This document shows, in pieces, positions 18,339-26,945 of a DNA stretch of 64,000 nucleotides. The notes below the pieces were generated by a model that saw only the letters and a program-made list of their open reading frames with translations, was not told the origin of the DNA and ran no database searches. The first letter of the stretch is position 1. Every line of letters begins with the position of its first letter. This DNA comes from Planctomycetota bacterium (GTDB taxonomy: Bacteria; Planctomycetota; B15-G4), in contig JAJDEP010000018.1 in assembly GCA_029259715.1 (NCBI GenBank), positions 42,544-106,543 on the forward strand, given 5' to 3'. A program made the position numbers and the translations under genes.

Positions 18339-19265
18339 TCACGAGGGCGCCGCGACGCGTGCATCGAGGAGCATCGAGAGGTCGAGCACCGGGGCCGAAT
18401 GGGTCAGGGCCCCCACCGAGATGCGGTCGACGCCGGTGGCCGCCACCTCAGGCACCCGCTCGAGGGTCATGTTGCCGCTGGCCTCGAGTTGGAAGGCCGC
18501 GCGCCGGGGATGGTCGGCCAACTTGGCCACGGCCTCCGTCAGCGCCGCGGTGGTGAAGTTGTCGAGCAGGATGCAGTCGGCGCCGCCGTCGGCCGCCGCC
18601 CGCGCCTCATCGAGGGTCTCGGCCTCCACGGTGATGCGGATCCGGTCCGTGACCGCCTTCCGCACCCGCGCGACCACGCCCTTGATGTCGTCGAGCCCGG
18701 CGATGGCGAGGTGGTTCTCCTTGATCAGCACCTCGTCGAACAGACCGATGCGGTGGTTCTTGCCGCCGCCGTGCACCACCGCCGCCTTCTCGAGCTGGCG
18801 GAACCCCGGCGTCGTCTTGCGGGTGTCGACAATGGCGCAGTGGGTGCCGCCGGCCGCCGCCACGAACTGGGCGGTGAGCGTGGCCACGCCGGAGAGGTGG
18901 GCCAGGAAGTTGAGCGCGGTGCGCTCGGCCTCGAGCAGCGACCCCGCCGGCCCCGAGACGGCCAGGACCTCGTCGCCTGGCGCCACGGCGTCGCCGTCGT
19001 GCCGCTTCACCTCGACGACGATGGCGGGATCCACCAGGGCGAAGACCCGCTCGGCCAGCCCGACGCCGGAGAGTCGCCCCTCGGCCTTGGCCACGATGCG
19101 CCCGCGCGCCTGCGGGCCCCGGCCTCCGACGGTGTGCAGCGTCGTGATGTCGCCGTGTTCGCCGAGGTCTTCGGCCAGGGCGGCGGCCAGGAGCTTCTCC
19201 ACGAAGCCGTCGTCGGCGCCGGCGAAGGGGTTGCGCGACGTATCGGGAGGAGACATGGCGTCCAT
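18339..19265 (-). CDS. nadC: nicotinate-nucleotide diphosphorylase (quinolinate phosphoribosyltransferase)
   Basis: AERTALNFL, DTRKTTPG, HRIGLFDEVLIKENH and SGNMT motifs. Confidence 0.95.
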   Translation of the reverse strand: MDAMSPPDTSRNPFAGADDGFVEKLLAAALAEDLGEHGDITTLHTVGGRGPQARGRIVAKAEGRLSGVGLAERVFALVDPAIVVEVKRHDGDAVAPGDEVLAVSGPAGSLLEAERTALNFLAHLSGVATLTAQFVAAAGGTHCAIVDTRKTTPGFRQLEKAAVVHGGGKNHRIGLFDEVLIKENHLAIAGLDDIKGVVARVRKAVTDRIRITVEAETLDEARAAADGGADCILLDNFTTAALTEAVAKLADHPRRAAFQLEASGNMTLERVPEVAATGVDRISVGALTHSAPVLDLSMLLDARVAAPS

Positions 19266-19303
19266 CTGCAGCAGGGGAACCGTCGGACCGGGACGCAGAG
19301 ATG

Positions 19304-19675
19304 CTATCGCAGCGCCGGATCTGCGGCGAGACTGGGGCCCTCCTGCGTGCCCCGGCGCCAGCGAGCCGCCCGCACCGGTCCGACGCCCTCCACCTGCGTG
19401 AGGGTCTGCTCATCGAGGCGGCCGCCGGCGGCGAGGCGAGCCGCCTCCAGGCGCCGCGCCATGACCGGGCCGGCTCCTTCCAGCAAGCGGAAGTCGCGCC
19501 CCTTCAACGCCTTCAGCGGCAGGACGAGCGCACGGACGGCTGTCGTCCCGGTCCCGTGCGGCCCCTCGAGCGGACCCTCCGGCCCCGCGGGAGAGCAGGC
19601 CTGGCGCCCGAGGGCGAGGCCGGCCAACAGGACCAGGGCGGGCCCGGTGGAGCGCGGTGGGCGGGGACGGTCCAT
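19304..19675 (-). CDS. ComEA-like helix-hairpin-helix DNA-binding protein
   Basis: N-terminal signal or anchor, then LEGAGPVMARRL...LTQVEGVGPVRAARW, which resembles tandem HhH motifs. Confidence 0.5.
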   Translation of the reverse strand: MDRPRPPRSTGPALVLLAGLALGRQACSPAGPEGPLEGPHGTGTTAVRALVLPLKALKGRDFRLLEGAGPVMARRLEAARLAAGGRLDEQTLTQVEGVGPVRAARWRRGTQEGPSLAADPALR

Positions 19676-19729
19676 ACCCCCTCTGACGGCGAGCGGGCGC
19701 CCGCGTGACGCGCCCGCGACGACAGCCGC

Positions 19730-20743
19730 TCAGGCCGAGAGGCGGTCGGGCCCGAGTTGCTCGAAGTAGAGCGTGAAGATGGCGTTGAGGCGCTCGTTGA
19801 ACGCCTCCTCCTCGGTCACCGTCGCCAGCTTCTTCTCGGAACCCACGCCGATGCGCAGACCCTTGGTGTCGAGCTGCAGCGTGGCCAGCGGCTTGCCTTC
19901 CACGGTGAAGCGCGTGACGCCCTGCTCCTGGGACTCGGCGACATGGGTCGAGAGCGCGCGGATGGAGTCCCGGGCCCGCAGGAACAGCGCCTGGGCCTGG
20001 TCGGCCCCCGAGACGCGCGGCTCGGTGTCCTCGACGAGCTCGAGCTCGTCCTCGGCCGGCGTCGCGGCGGCGGCCGGCGGGGCAGCCCGCTTGGCCGGGC
20101 GCGCGGGTTCGGGCCGGGTGGTCGGCTTGGATTCCAACTCGACCCCGGACAGGGCCTCAACCTCGTCCGCCAGGGCATCGCGCTGCGCCCGCGCGGGCCG
20201 CGGCAGCGGCGACGACAACGGACGCGTCCGCCGCGACGACGTGCTGCGTGAAGACGTGCTGCGCGACGACGGCCGGCTGTAGCTCGGCATGACGGTGCCG
20301 CCGGCCCGGTGGAACACGGAGAGGTCGAGCACCGGACGACCGACGCTGCTCTGCACGACGCGGTACTCCACCGCCTGCACCTCGACGCCGGTCATCATGT
20401 CGAGCACGCGCGGAGCGCTGTCGGGGAAGCGCGCGCCCAACAGCACGAAGCGGGGGCGCAGCGACGGATCGAGGCCCTTGTTGTGGTAGAGCCGATTGAG
20501 CAGGTAGCGGCCGCGGCGCAGACCCTCCGCCACCCCCGCCATGCGCGCGAGCTCGCCGGCCACGTCGTCGCCGCAGAACAACACGGCCACCGGATAACCG
20601 AGGGAGTCGCGCAACAGCACGTCGATCTCGACGTCGTCGTCGAGGCGCAGGTCCGAGTCGAGCGCCACCAGTCCCGCCTCGAGGCGCTCGGGATCCGCGA
20701 TGAGCAGTTCGCTCGCGATCTCCTGGTTGCTGCGACTGCTCAT
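19730..20743 (-). CDS. hypothetical protein with a NucS/DUF91-like N-terminal domain, a Ser/Arg/Pro-rich linker and an unknown C-terminal domain
   Basis: Trimmed from track ORF 19730..20938 to MSSRSNQ. The segment IADPERLEAGLVALDSDLRLDDDVEIDVLLRDSLGYPVAVLF resembles the PD-(D/E)xK-type NucS C-domain, but the E-x-K is not evident. Confidence 0.5.
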   Translation of the reverse strand: MSSRSNQEIASELLIADPERLEAGLVALDSDLRLDDDVEIDVLLRDSLGYPVAVLFCGDDVAGELARMAGVAEGLRRGRYLLNRLYHNKGLDPSLRPRFVLLGARFPDSAPRVLDMMTGVEVQAVEYRVVQSSVGRPVLDLSVFHRAGGTVMPSYSRPSSRSTSSRSTSSRRTRPLSSPLPRPARAQRDALADEVEALSGVELESKPTTRPEPARPAKRAAPPAAAATPAEDELELVEDTEPRVSGADQAQALFLRARDSIRALSTHVAESQEQGVTRFTVEGKPLATLQLDTKGLRIGVGSEKKLATVTEEEAFNERLNAIFTLYFEQLGPDRLSA

Positions 20744-20897
20744 GGACGGCCCGCCGGACGCTGGTTGGTGTCGATCGAGGGTGCGCCGGGCGCGTGGTGC
20801 GCCCGGGGGGCCGTAGTGTAGAACGGATCCGGCCCCCACCGCGAATCTGTCCGGTGATCGGGGTGCCGCCACGCCGGGGACCGGGAGGCCCAGACCG

Positions 20898-22103
20898 ATG
20901 CCCGAGGCCGACACGCCGTCCCCGGGAGCGGGGCCCACGCCGGCGGGCGCTCCGTCGACGGCGCCCGCAGCGGCGCTGGCGCGATTGCGCGCCGCTTTTC
21001 CCGTGGCCGAGCGCTGGATCTATTTTGACCACGCGGCCGTCTGTCCGCTGGCCCGTCCCGTCCGGGAGGCCGTCGAGACCCTGCTCGACGATGTCCAATC
21101 CCAGGGAGGGGCCCACTTCGAGGTCTGGCTCGACCGCCGCGAGCAGGCCCGGGTCCGGGCCGCGCGGCTGCTGGGTGCCCAGCCCGACGAGATCGCCTTC
21201 GTGACCTCCACCTCCGAGGGGCTGATCCACGTGGCCGAGGGCCTGAACTGGGGCCCGGGCGACGAGATCGTGGTGATCGAAGACGACTTCCCCGCCAACC
21301 ACGTGCCGTGGTTCCACCAGGAGCGGCACGGGGCCCGGGTGGTGGTCGTGCCCCGCGACGAAGGCCGGGTCGGCGTCGAGGCCATCCTGGCGTGCGTCAC
21401 CGAGCGCACCCGGGTGGTGGCCGTCCCCACCGTGCTCTACGACTGTGGCTTCCGCCTCGACATCGAGACCCTCGGGCAGGCACTGGCCGATCACCCGGCG
21501 CTGCTGTGTGTCGACGCGATCCAGAGTCTCGGCGCCTTTCCCGTCGACGTGCGGGCGGCACACATCGACTTCCTCGCGGCCGACTCGCACAAGTGGATGC
21601 TCGGCCTCGAAGGCATCGGGCTGTTCTATTGCCGGGCCGAGCTGCTCGACCGCCTCGACTCGCCGATCAAGTCGTGGCTGAGCATGGCCGTGCCCTTCGC
21701 GCCCTACCGGCGTGAGGCCGCCCTCGCACCGAGCGCCCGGCGTTTCGAGTACGCCTGCCGCCCCACCGCGGGCCTCTACGGCCTCGACGCCTGCCTCGAG
21801 CTGTTGCTCGCCACCGGCGCCGCGACCCTCGTCGACCAGGTCCTCGCGCTCACCGATCGCCTGGCGGCGGGGTTGCGGGACGCGGGCTGGGTCCTCTCCA
21901 GTCCGCGGGACACCGCGGCCGAGAGTTCGGGAATCGTTCGCGCCTCGGCCCCCGGCCTGTCGGCCGACGCCGTGCGCGACACCCTCGCCAAGCGCGGCGT
22001 GTGCGTGTCCGAACGCGCCGGGGCGGTGCGCTTCTCGCCCCACGCCTGGAACACGGCCGACGAGGTGGACGCCCTGCTGCAACGACTCCCGGAGCTGCCG
22101 TGA
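20898..22103 (+). CDS. class V aminotransferase / cysteine desulfurase-like PLP enzyme
   Basis: 401 aa. PLP-lysine context ADSHKWMLG, and a class V fold pattern (VAVPTVLYDCG, VDAIQSLG). Confidence 0.8.
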   Translation: MPEADTPSPGAGPTPAGAPSTAPAAALARLRAAFPVAERWIYFDHAAVCPLARPVREAVETLLDDVQSQGGAHFEVWLDRREQARVRAARLLGAQPDEIAFVTSTSEGLIHVAEGLNWGPGDEIVVIEDDFPANHVPWFHQERHGARVVVVPRDEGRVGVEAILACVTERTRVVAVPTVLYDCGFRLDIETLGQALADHPALLCVDAIQSLGAFPVDVRAAHIDFLAADSHKWMLGLEGIGLFYCRAELLDRLDSPIKSWLSMAVPFAPYRREAALAPSARRFEYACRPTAGLYGLDACLELLLATGAATLVDQVLALTDRLAAGLRDAGWVLSSPRDTAAESSGIVRASAPGLSADAVRDTLAKRGVCVSERAGAVRFSPHAWNTADEVDALLQRLPELP

Positions 22104-22900
22104 CCGACGATCCGAGCTTCGTGATCGCCGTCGCGACGGGCGTCCTCTTCGCCCTCGGGTGGTTCCCGCTGCGGGCGCGGTTGCCCCGGCTGCTGCCGCT
22201 CCACCCGGCCCACACCGTCGAGCACGGCCCCATGCTGTTCGTGTTCGGCATGTTCGTGGCGCTGCTCGCGGGCACGCTGCTGACCCCGTGGATGGGCATC
22301 GACCTCGAGGCTCCCGATCCGTCGCTGAGCCAGATCATGATCGTGCAGACCCTCTCCAGCGTGCTCGGCTTCGGCCTCATCGTCACGATCGTCGCGAAAC
22401 GAGACGGCCATGCCGCCTCCATCGGGTTGACGCGCCACCATGGACCGTCGCCGTGGATCATCGGGCCCTGCGCCTGGCTCGCCTACCTGCCCGTGCTGCT
22501 CGTGGTGATGCTCGGCAACGAGTGGCTGCACCGCACCTTCGGCTGGGAGCGCGAGAATCAACGGGCGCTCGAACTCTTCCAGTCGAGTGAAGACGCGCAG
22601 CGCTCGCCCTGGCTCTGGCTCTCGATGGCGGTGCTCATTCCGGTCTTGGAGGAGATCGCCTTCCGCGGTCTGCTCTACGGCGGCCTGCGGCGCGTCTTCA
22701 CGGCGCCGGTGGCCATCGGCTTCTCGGCCGCCATCTTCGCGGCCCTCCACGACCCCAGCCACTTCCTGCCGGTGGCCGCGCTCGGCGTGCTGCTCGCCTG
22801 GACCTACGAGCGCACCGGGAGCCTGTACGCACCGTGCATCGTCCACGCCTTGCACAACGCCACCACGCTGATCATGGTGTCCCAGGGCTTGTCGGCCTGA
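22100..22900 (+). CDS. CPBP-family intramembrane glutamic endopeptidase (CAAX protease-like)
   Basis: EEIAFRGLLY and HALHN motifs, with multiple TM segments. The GTG start overlaps the upstream stop (GTGA). Confidence 0.75.
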   Translation: MTDDPSFVIAVATGVLFALGWFPLRARLPRLLPLHPAHTVEHGPMLFVFGMFVALLAGTLLTPWMGIDLEAPDPSLSQIMIVQTLSSVLGFGLIVTIVAKRDGHAASIGLTRHHGPSPWIIGPCAWLAYLPVLLVVMLGNEWLHRTFGWERENQRALELFQSSEDAQRSPWLWLSMAVLIPVLEEIAFRGLLYGGLRRVFTAPVAIGFSAAIFAALHDPSHFLPVAALGVLLAWTYERTGSLYAPCIVHALHNATTLIMVSQGLSA

Positions 22901-22959
22901 CGGGCCGGCCCTGCGCACACGACCGCCCTGCCGCCTGCGCGGCGCGGAAGGAGTCCTTC

Positions 22960-23511
22960 ATGGCGAGCGACCAAGCCGGCACCCCCGGCGCCTCCGACCC
23001 CGCCCCCGACCGCGACGGGCCCCGCTTCCGACTGCGCCGCGAGGGTGAGGCGCTCATCGCGAGCACCGCCGTCGTCTGCGGCGACGTGACCCTCGGCCGC
23101 GACGCCAGTGTCTGGTACGGCGCCGTGGTGCGCGGCGACTGTGCTCCCATCCGCATCGGCGCGCGCACCAACGTCCAGGACAACGCGGTGATCCACAGCG
23201 ACACCGGCGTGCCCAACGACATCGGCGCCGACTGCACCATCGGCCACCTGGCCATGGTCCACGGCCGACGCCTGGGCGACCGCTGCCTGGTGGGCATCGG
23301 CGCGGTGATCCTCGGCGGCGCCGAGATCGGCGACGAGTGCATCATCGCCGCCGGCGCCGTGGTCAAGGAGAACGCCCGCATCCCGCCGCGCTCGCTGGTG
23401 GCCGGCGTCCCCGGCAAGATCATGCGGGCGGTGCGCGACGACGAAGCCGCACACTTCGCCGGGCACGCCACCCACTACGTCGAGATCGCGCAGGGACACC
23501 TGCACGACTGA
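22960..23511 (+). CDS. gamma-class carbonic anhydrase-like hexapeptide-repeat protein (PaaY/YrdA family)
   Basis: Left-handed beta-helix hexapeptide repeats (IGARTNVQDNAVIH, IGADCTIGHLAMVHG, VGIGAVILGGAEIG). The ATG is preceded by GGAAGGAG. Confidence 0.8.
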   Translation: MASDQAGTPGASDPAPDRDGPRFRLRREGEALIASTAVVCGDVTLGRDASVWYGAVVRGDCAPIRIGARTNVQDNAVIHSDTGVPNDIGADCTIGHLAMVHGRRLGDRCLVGIGAVILGGAEIGDECIIAAGAVVKENARIPPRSLVAGVPGKIMRAVRDDEAAHFAGHATHYVEIAQGHLHD

Positions 23512-23574
23512 CGGCGCCGCCCCTGACGGGCCCGCGTCCGTGCGGGTTGAGGCCGGCCCTTCAGGAACCCGGCC

Positions 23575-24657
23575 TTACGGGAAGATCATCTCGAGGGCGT
23601 TGGTCGCCGAGTGGCCGAAGGGGCCGCCCGCGTCCACCGCCCAGCCGTGCAAGTACATCTTGAACCCGGACGGGATGCCGGACGGCATCGAGTTGGTGAT
23701 CGAGATCTCCCCGAACAGCCCCGTCGAGAAGATCACGATCAGGTCGGTGGCGGGCACCAGCGTGCCGCCGTAGAGCGGCGCGTCGATGCGCGTGAAGCCC
23801 GCGAACAGGATCAGCGCGTTGTTGGGCTCCATGTTGTCGAGGTCGAAGGTGTACTGGGCTGGGGAAGGCAACAACGAACCGCTCATCGCCAGGGTCGGCG
23901 AGAAGTTGCCGGGCAGGGCGAAGCCCAGGTCGTTGAACGTGCCGGAGCCGCCCCCCACGTTCGAGGTGCAGGCGCGGATGATCCAATTGCCGTTGATGAA
24001 GTTCGGGCACAGGTTGATGACGCCGAGCACCGTCGCGATGCGCACGTCCTGCCACGGGTCGGCGTCCGTGTCGATCAGGCTCGTCTGCGGTGTCGTGGTG
24101 CAGCCGGCGCCGCCCGAATAGTCCGTGATGAAGTTGGCCGGGTGGCCGCCGCCGCAGGTGCCGTTGAAGTTGAGATTCATGCGGAAGGCCACGACGAACT
24201 TATCCGCCGTCACGACGACGTTCAGTCCCGAGAGGTCGAACAGGTTGATGGCGGTCGACTGCAGCTCCATGGACGAAGCGGTGTCGGCATTGAGGTCGAA
24301 GACCTTGGGGCCGAGGGTCGGCAAGCCGGCGCCGTTGAAGGTCACCCCGTCGTAGATCTCGATGTTGCAGGTGGCCGAGAAGCCCGGACCACCGAGCACG
24401 TGGCCGAAGCCCACGGCGACCCGCTCGACCTTCTGGTCGCCGAGCGCGGTCTTGTCGAACACCTGCGCGATGGCCTCGCCCTCGCACAAACCCTGGATCA
24501 CCGCGACCGGGAAGGCTCCGCCCGGCGACTGGGGCAGGGTGTCGTTCTTCCAGAATGTGTGGGCCGGGTCGGCGCAGGTCTGACCCGAGACGATCGGCGA
24601 GAGCAGGCCGAGGAACAGGGACAGGCCACCGAGGACAGGCAGGAGCAGGCGCGACAT
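23575..24657 (-). CDS. secreted hypothetical protein (Cys-, Asn-, Gly- and Thr-rich)
   Basis: Trimmed to MSRLLLPVLGGLSLFLGLLSPIVSGQ (signal peptide). GGAG lies 6 nt upstream of the ATG. I recognise no family. Confidence 0.65.
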   Translation of the reverse strand: MSRLLLPVLGGLSLFLGLLSPIVSGQTCADPAHTFWKNDTLPQSPGGAFPVAVIQGLCEGEAIAQVFDKTALGDQKVERVAVGFGHVLGGPGFSATCNIEIYDGVTFNGAGLPTLGPKVFDLNADTASSMELQSTAINLFDLSGLNVVVTADKFVVAFRMNLNFNGTCGGGHPANFITDYSGGAGCTTTPQTSLIDTDADPWQDVRIATVLGVINLCPNFINGNWIIRACTSNVGGGSGTFNDLGFALPGNFSPTLAMSGSLLPSPAQYTFDLDNMEPNNALILFAGFTRIDAPLYGGTLVPATDLIVIFSTGLFGEISITNSMPSGIPSGFKMYLHGWAVDAGGPFGHSATNALEMIFP

Positions 24658-25013
24658 GGAGGACTCCGCAGTTTGCATCGAGACCGGGCCGTCCGGCAGG
24701 GGTTCAGGCCCGGGATCCCAAAGGTCGAATACATGACGAGCGAGAGGACTCCCGCCCATTTCCCGATCGAAGAGTGTATCAGCCATCCGGGGAGGCAACC
24801 GTGAAGGTCGGCCAAACTCGTGACCATCGACCGAATTCGGCCAGCTTGTTGCTGCGCACGAGCCCTGATCAGTGCGGGCCGCTATCATCGGACGGTCCGG
24901 CCCTGCTCGCCGCGGTCCTGTTCACCCCGGCAGACCCCACCGCGAGCGGCGGCTCCGAATACCCCACCTCCACCGCACCGGTTCAAGCCGGCGCGAGGAC
25001 AGGCATGAACGGA

Positions 25014-25115
25014 TCAGGTCCGGATCTTCGGCTTCGTCAGCTTGCGACGCGTACGGCGCGAAGCGGGGCGCTTGCCGTGATTCGCCTTCTTGATCTTGCG
25101 GTTCGGCTTGGCCAT
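25014..25115 (-). CDS. 33-aa highly basic peptide, bL37-like ribosomal peptide candidate
   Basis: MAKPNRKIKKANHGKRPASRRTRRKLTKPKIRT. GGAG lies 6 nt upstream of the ATG. KANHGKRP matches my recollection of the actinobacterial bL37 C-terminus. In the track it is only the tail of shadow ORF 25014..25982. Confidence 0.45.
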   Translation of the reverse strand: MAKPNRKIKKANHGKRPASRRTRRKLTKPKIRT

Positions 25116-25304
25116 GGGAGGCTCCGGGACATCTCCCGCGGCCGCGTATCGGCCGGGTCGGGGCGAACGGCGCATTCTACTGATCGGCGTTCCTTTGCCA
25201 ACCGGGCGGACGCGATCCGGGCGCCCGGCGGGCCCGGGGCCCACCCGGCCCTCCCGGCCCAGCGCTCTGGGGGCCTGTGGGCAGCGGGCCTGGCCCTGGT
25301 GCTC

Positions 25305-26909
25305 ATGGCTCCCCCCACGATCGCCCAGGAGGATCCGCCGGCGGCCGATCCGACCCCGCCCGCTGCAACTCCGGCGCCGGACGCCCCGGCCGAGTCCGAG
25401 GACCCCTCCTCCCCCGACGACCCGCAAGCCGACCGGGTCCAGCCCGCGGACCCGGACCCGGAACGGACGGCGACCCGCCGCACCGGCCCGGCGCGTGGCA
25501 ACGGCAAGCCCAATCCACGGGGCCGCAAGACCGAGGCCCCCGTGCGGGAGCCGGAACCCGTCGTGTCGCCCGCCGAGGCCTTCATCGACCGCTTCAAGGC
25601 CGCGTTGATCCACGAGGTCGAGGTGCAGAAGTTTGAGCGCATGCAGCTCGGCAGCGAGGACATCGAACGCCTCAACCGCTTCCAGCTCCAGCGTCGCGAG
25701 CGCATCGACGCCGACATGCTGAGCTTCCCGCCGGCCTTCAACAAGCTGTGGTTCACCGCCGTCGTCGTGCCTGAGCCCCAGGAGGGTGAGCAGCTCAACG
25801 CGGCCGAGCTGGTCGCCCTGCAGCAGATCGAAGGCGCGTACGCACAGACCCGCGACCTCACGCTGGTCAACCGGCTGATCGAGAACAACGGCCGCTTCCT
25901 CGACACCAGCGACTGGAACAAGCGCAAGATCGCCGTCGACATCCGGGACGAACTGCTGGAACGCGAGGCGTCGTTCCAGCACCTGCAGGGCCTCGCCGAG
26001 ATGATCGCCCGCGGCAACGCCTCACCCGAACGACTGGTCGAGGTGCGCGAGACGCTGATGCGCATCGCGCCCCACGCCACCGACGACGGCAGCAGTCTCG
26101 CCCTGCTCGTGCTCGAGGACGAGGACGTGCGCCGCTCGGTCCTCGCCGACGTGATCGGCTACATGCTGGCCGAGGTGCCCCCGCAGGTGACCCTCACCTC
26201 CGACGAGCTGGAGGCCAAGGTCCTCGTGCTCCAGACTGAGGTGGCCGAGCAGTCCGGCCTCGCCGACGACCTGCAGGAGCTGCAGGAGGTCGAGCAGCAG
26301 GTGAAACTCCTCGAGCAGGAGGCCGAGGATGATCTGTCCTTCGATTTCGAACGGCGCAAGGCCCGCAACAGCAAGCTCGTCGAGCTCTACGACCGCCGCA
26401 ACGAACTCCGCTCGCTCTGGCGCAACACCGAGCCGGCCGTCGAACCCGTCGACGAGCTGATCGCCACCTACGACGAGCTGATCCGCACGCGCATGGCCGG
26501 GCTCGGCCTGCGCGGCGCCCTCTTCGGCGCGCGCTTCGACGCCCTCGACCGCCATCGCGAACGGCGGGGCGGCAGCCCGATCCACACCTGGAACCTGCTC
26601 GACGACCAGAACGCGCTGCTCAACGCCATCGGCGAGACCGAGGCCGAGCCCGACTACCTCGAGGGTCTCCCCCCGCCGCCGGACAAGACCTCCTGGGCGG
26701 CCGCCCAGGAGGCGGCCTCGCGTGATGCGAAGGCGCGCACCCAGGCCCTCAACGCCCTCAAGAAGAAGCTCGGCACCGCACCGAAGAAGCCCAGCGTGAA
26801 GGGCAATAAGACCTTCTTCAGCGGAGGGACGAAGGGCGGTGGTGGCGGCAGCAGCGGTGGCAAGAAGAAGGCCGGCGGCAAGAAGAAGAAGGGCGGCAAG
26901 GGCCGCTGA
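25305..26909 (+). CDS. acidic coiled-coil hypothetical protein with a Lys/Gly-rich C-terminal tail
   Basis: The part of track ORF 24555..26909 that has real-protein composition. It has long heptad-like E/L/Q stretches and the tail GGTKGGGGGSSGGKKKAGGKKKKGGKGR. The start is uncertain (see findings). Confidence 0.6.
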   Translation: MAPPTIAQEDPPAADPTPPAATPAPDAPAESEDPSSPDDPQADRVQPADPDPERTATRRTGPARGNGKPNPRGRKTEAPVREPEPVVSPAEAFIDRFKAALIHEVEVQKFERMQLGSEDIERLNRFQLQRRERIDADMLSFPPAFNKLWFTAVVVPEPQEGEQLNAAELVALQQIEGAYAQTRDLTLVNRLIENNGRFLDTSDWNKRKIAVDIRDELLEREASFQHLQGLAEMIARGNASPERLVEVRETLMRIAPHATDDGSSLALLVLEDEDVRRSVLADVIGYMLAEVPPQVTLTSDELEAKVLVLQTEVAEQSGLADDLQELQEVEQQVKLLEQEAEDDLSFDFERRKARNSKLVELYDRRNELRSLWRNTEPAVEPVDELIATYDELIRTRMAGLGLRGALFGARFDALDRHRERRGGSPIHTWNLLDDQNALLNAIGETEAEPDYLEGLPPPPDKTSWAAAQEAASRDAKARTQALNALKKKLGTAPKKPSVKGNKTFFSGGTKGGGGGSSGGKKKAGGKKKKGGKGR

Positions 26910-26945
26910 CCGCTCACTGCGGGCCCCCGGCTCACCCGCGCGGCG

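Noticed and set aside
23512-23577. GC-rich hairpins between the convergent gamma-CA-like and secreted-protein genes, as a bidirectional terminator.
   Set aside because: The stems are short (5-7 bp), the loops are long, and there is no U-tract. This is too weak to call.
23575-24657. The locally lower GC content of the secreted-protein gene, and of the DUF1570 and coiled-coil genes, as evidence of horizontal transfer.
   Set aside because: The drop is largely explained by Asn/Phe/Ile/Lys/Glu-rich amino-acid composition. No mobility genes or repeats flank these genes.
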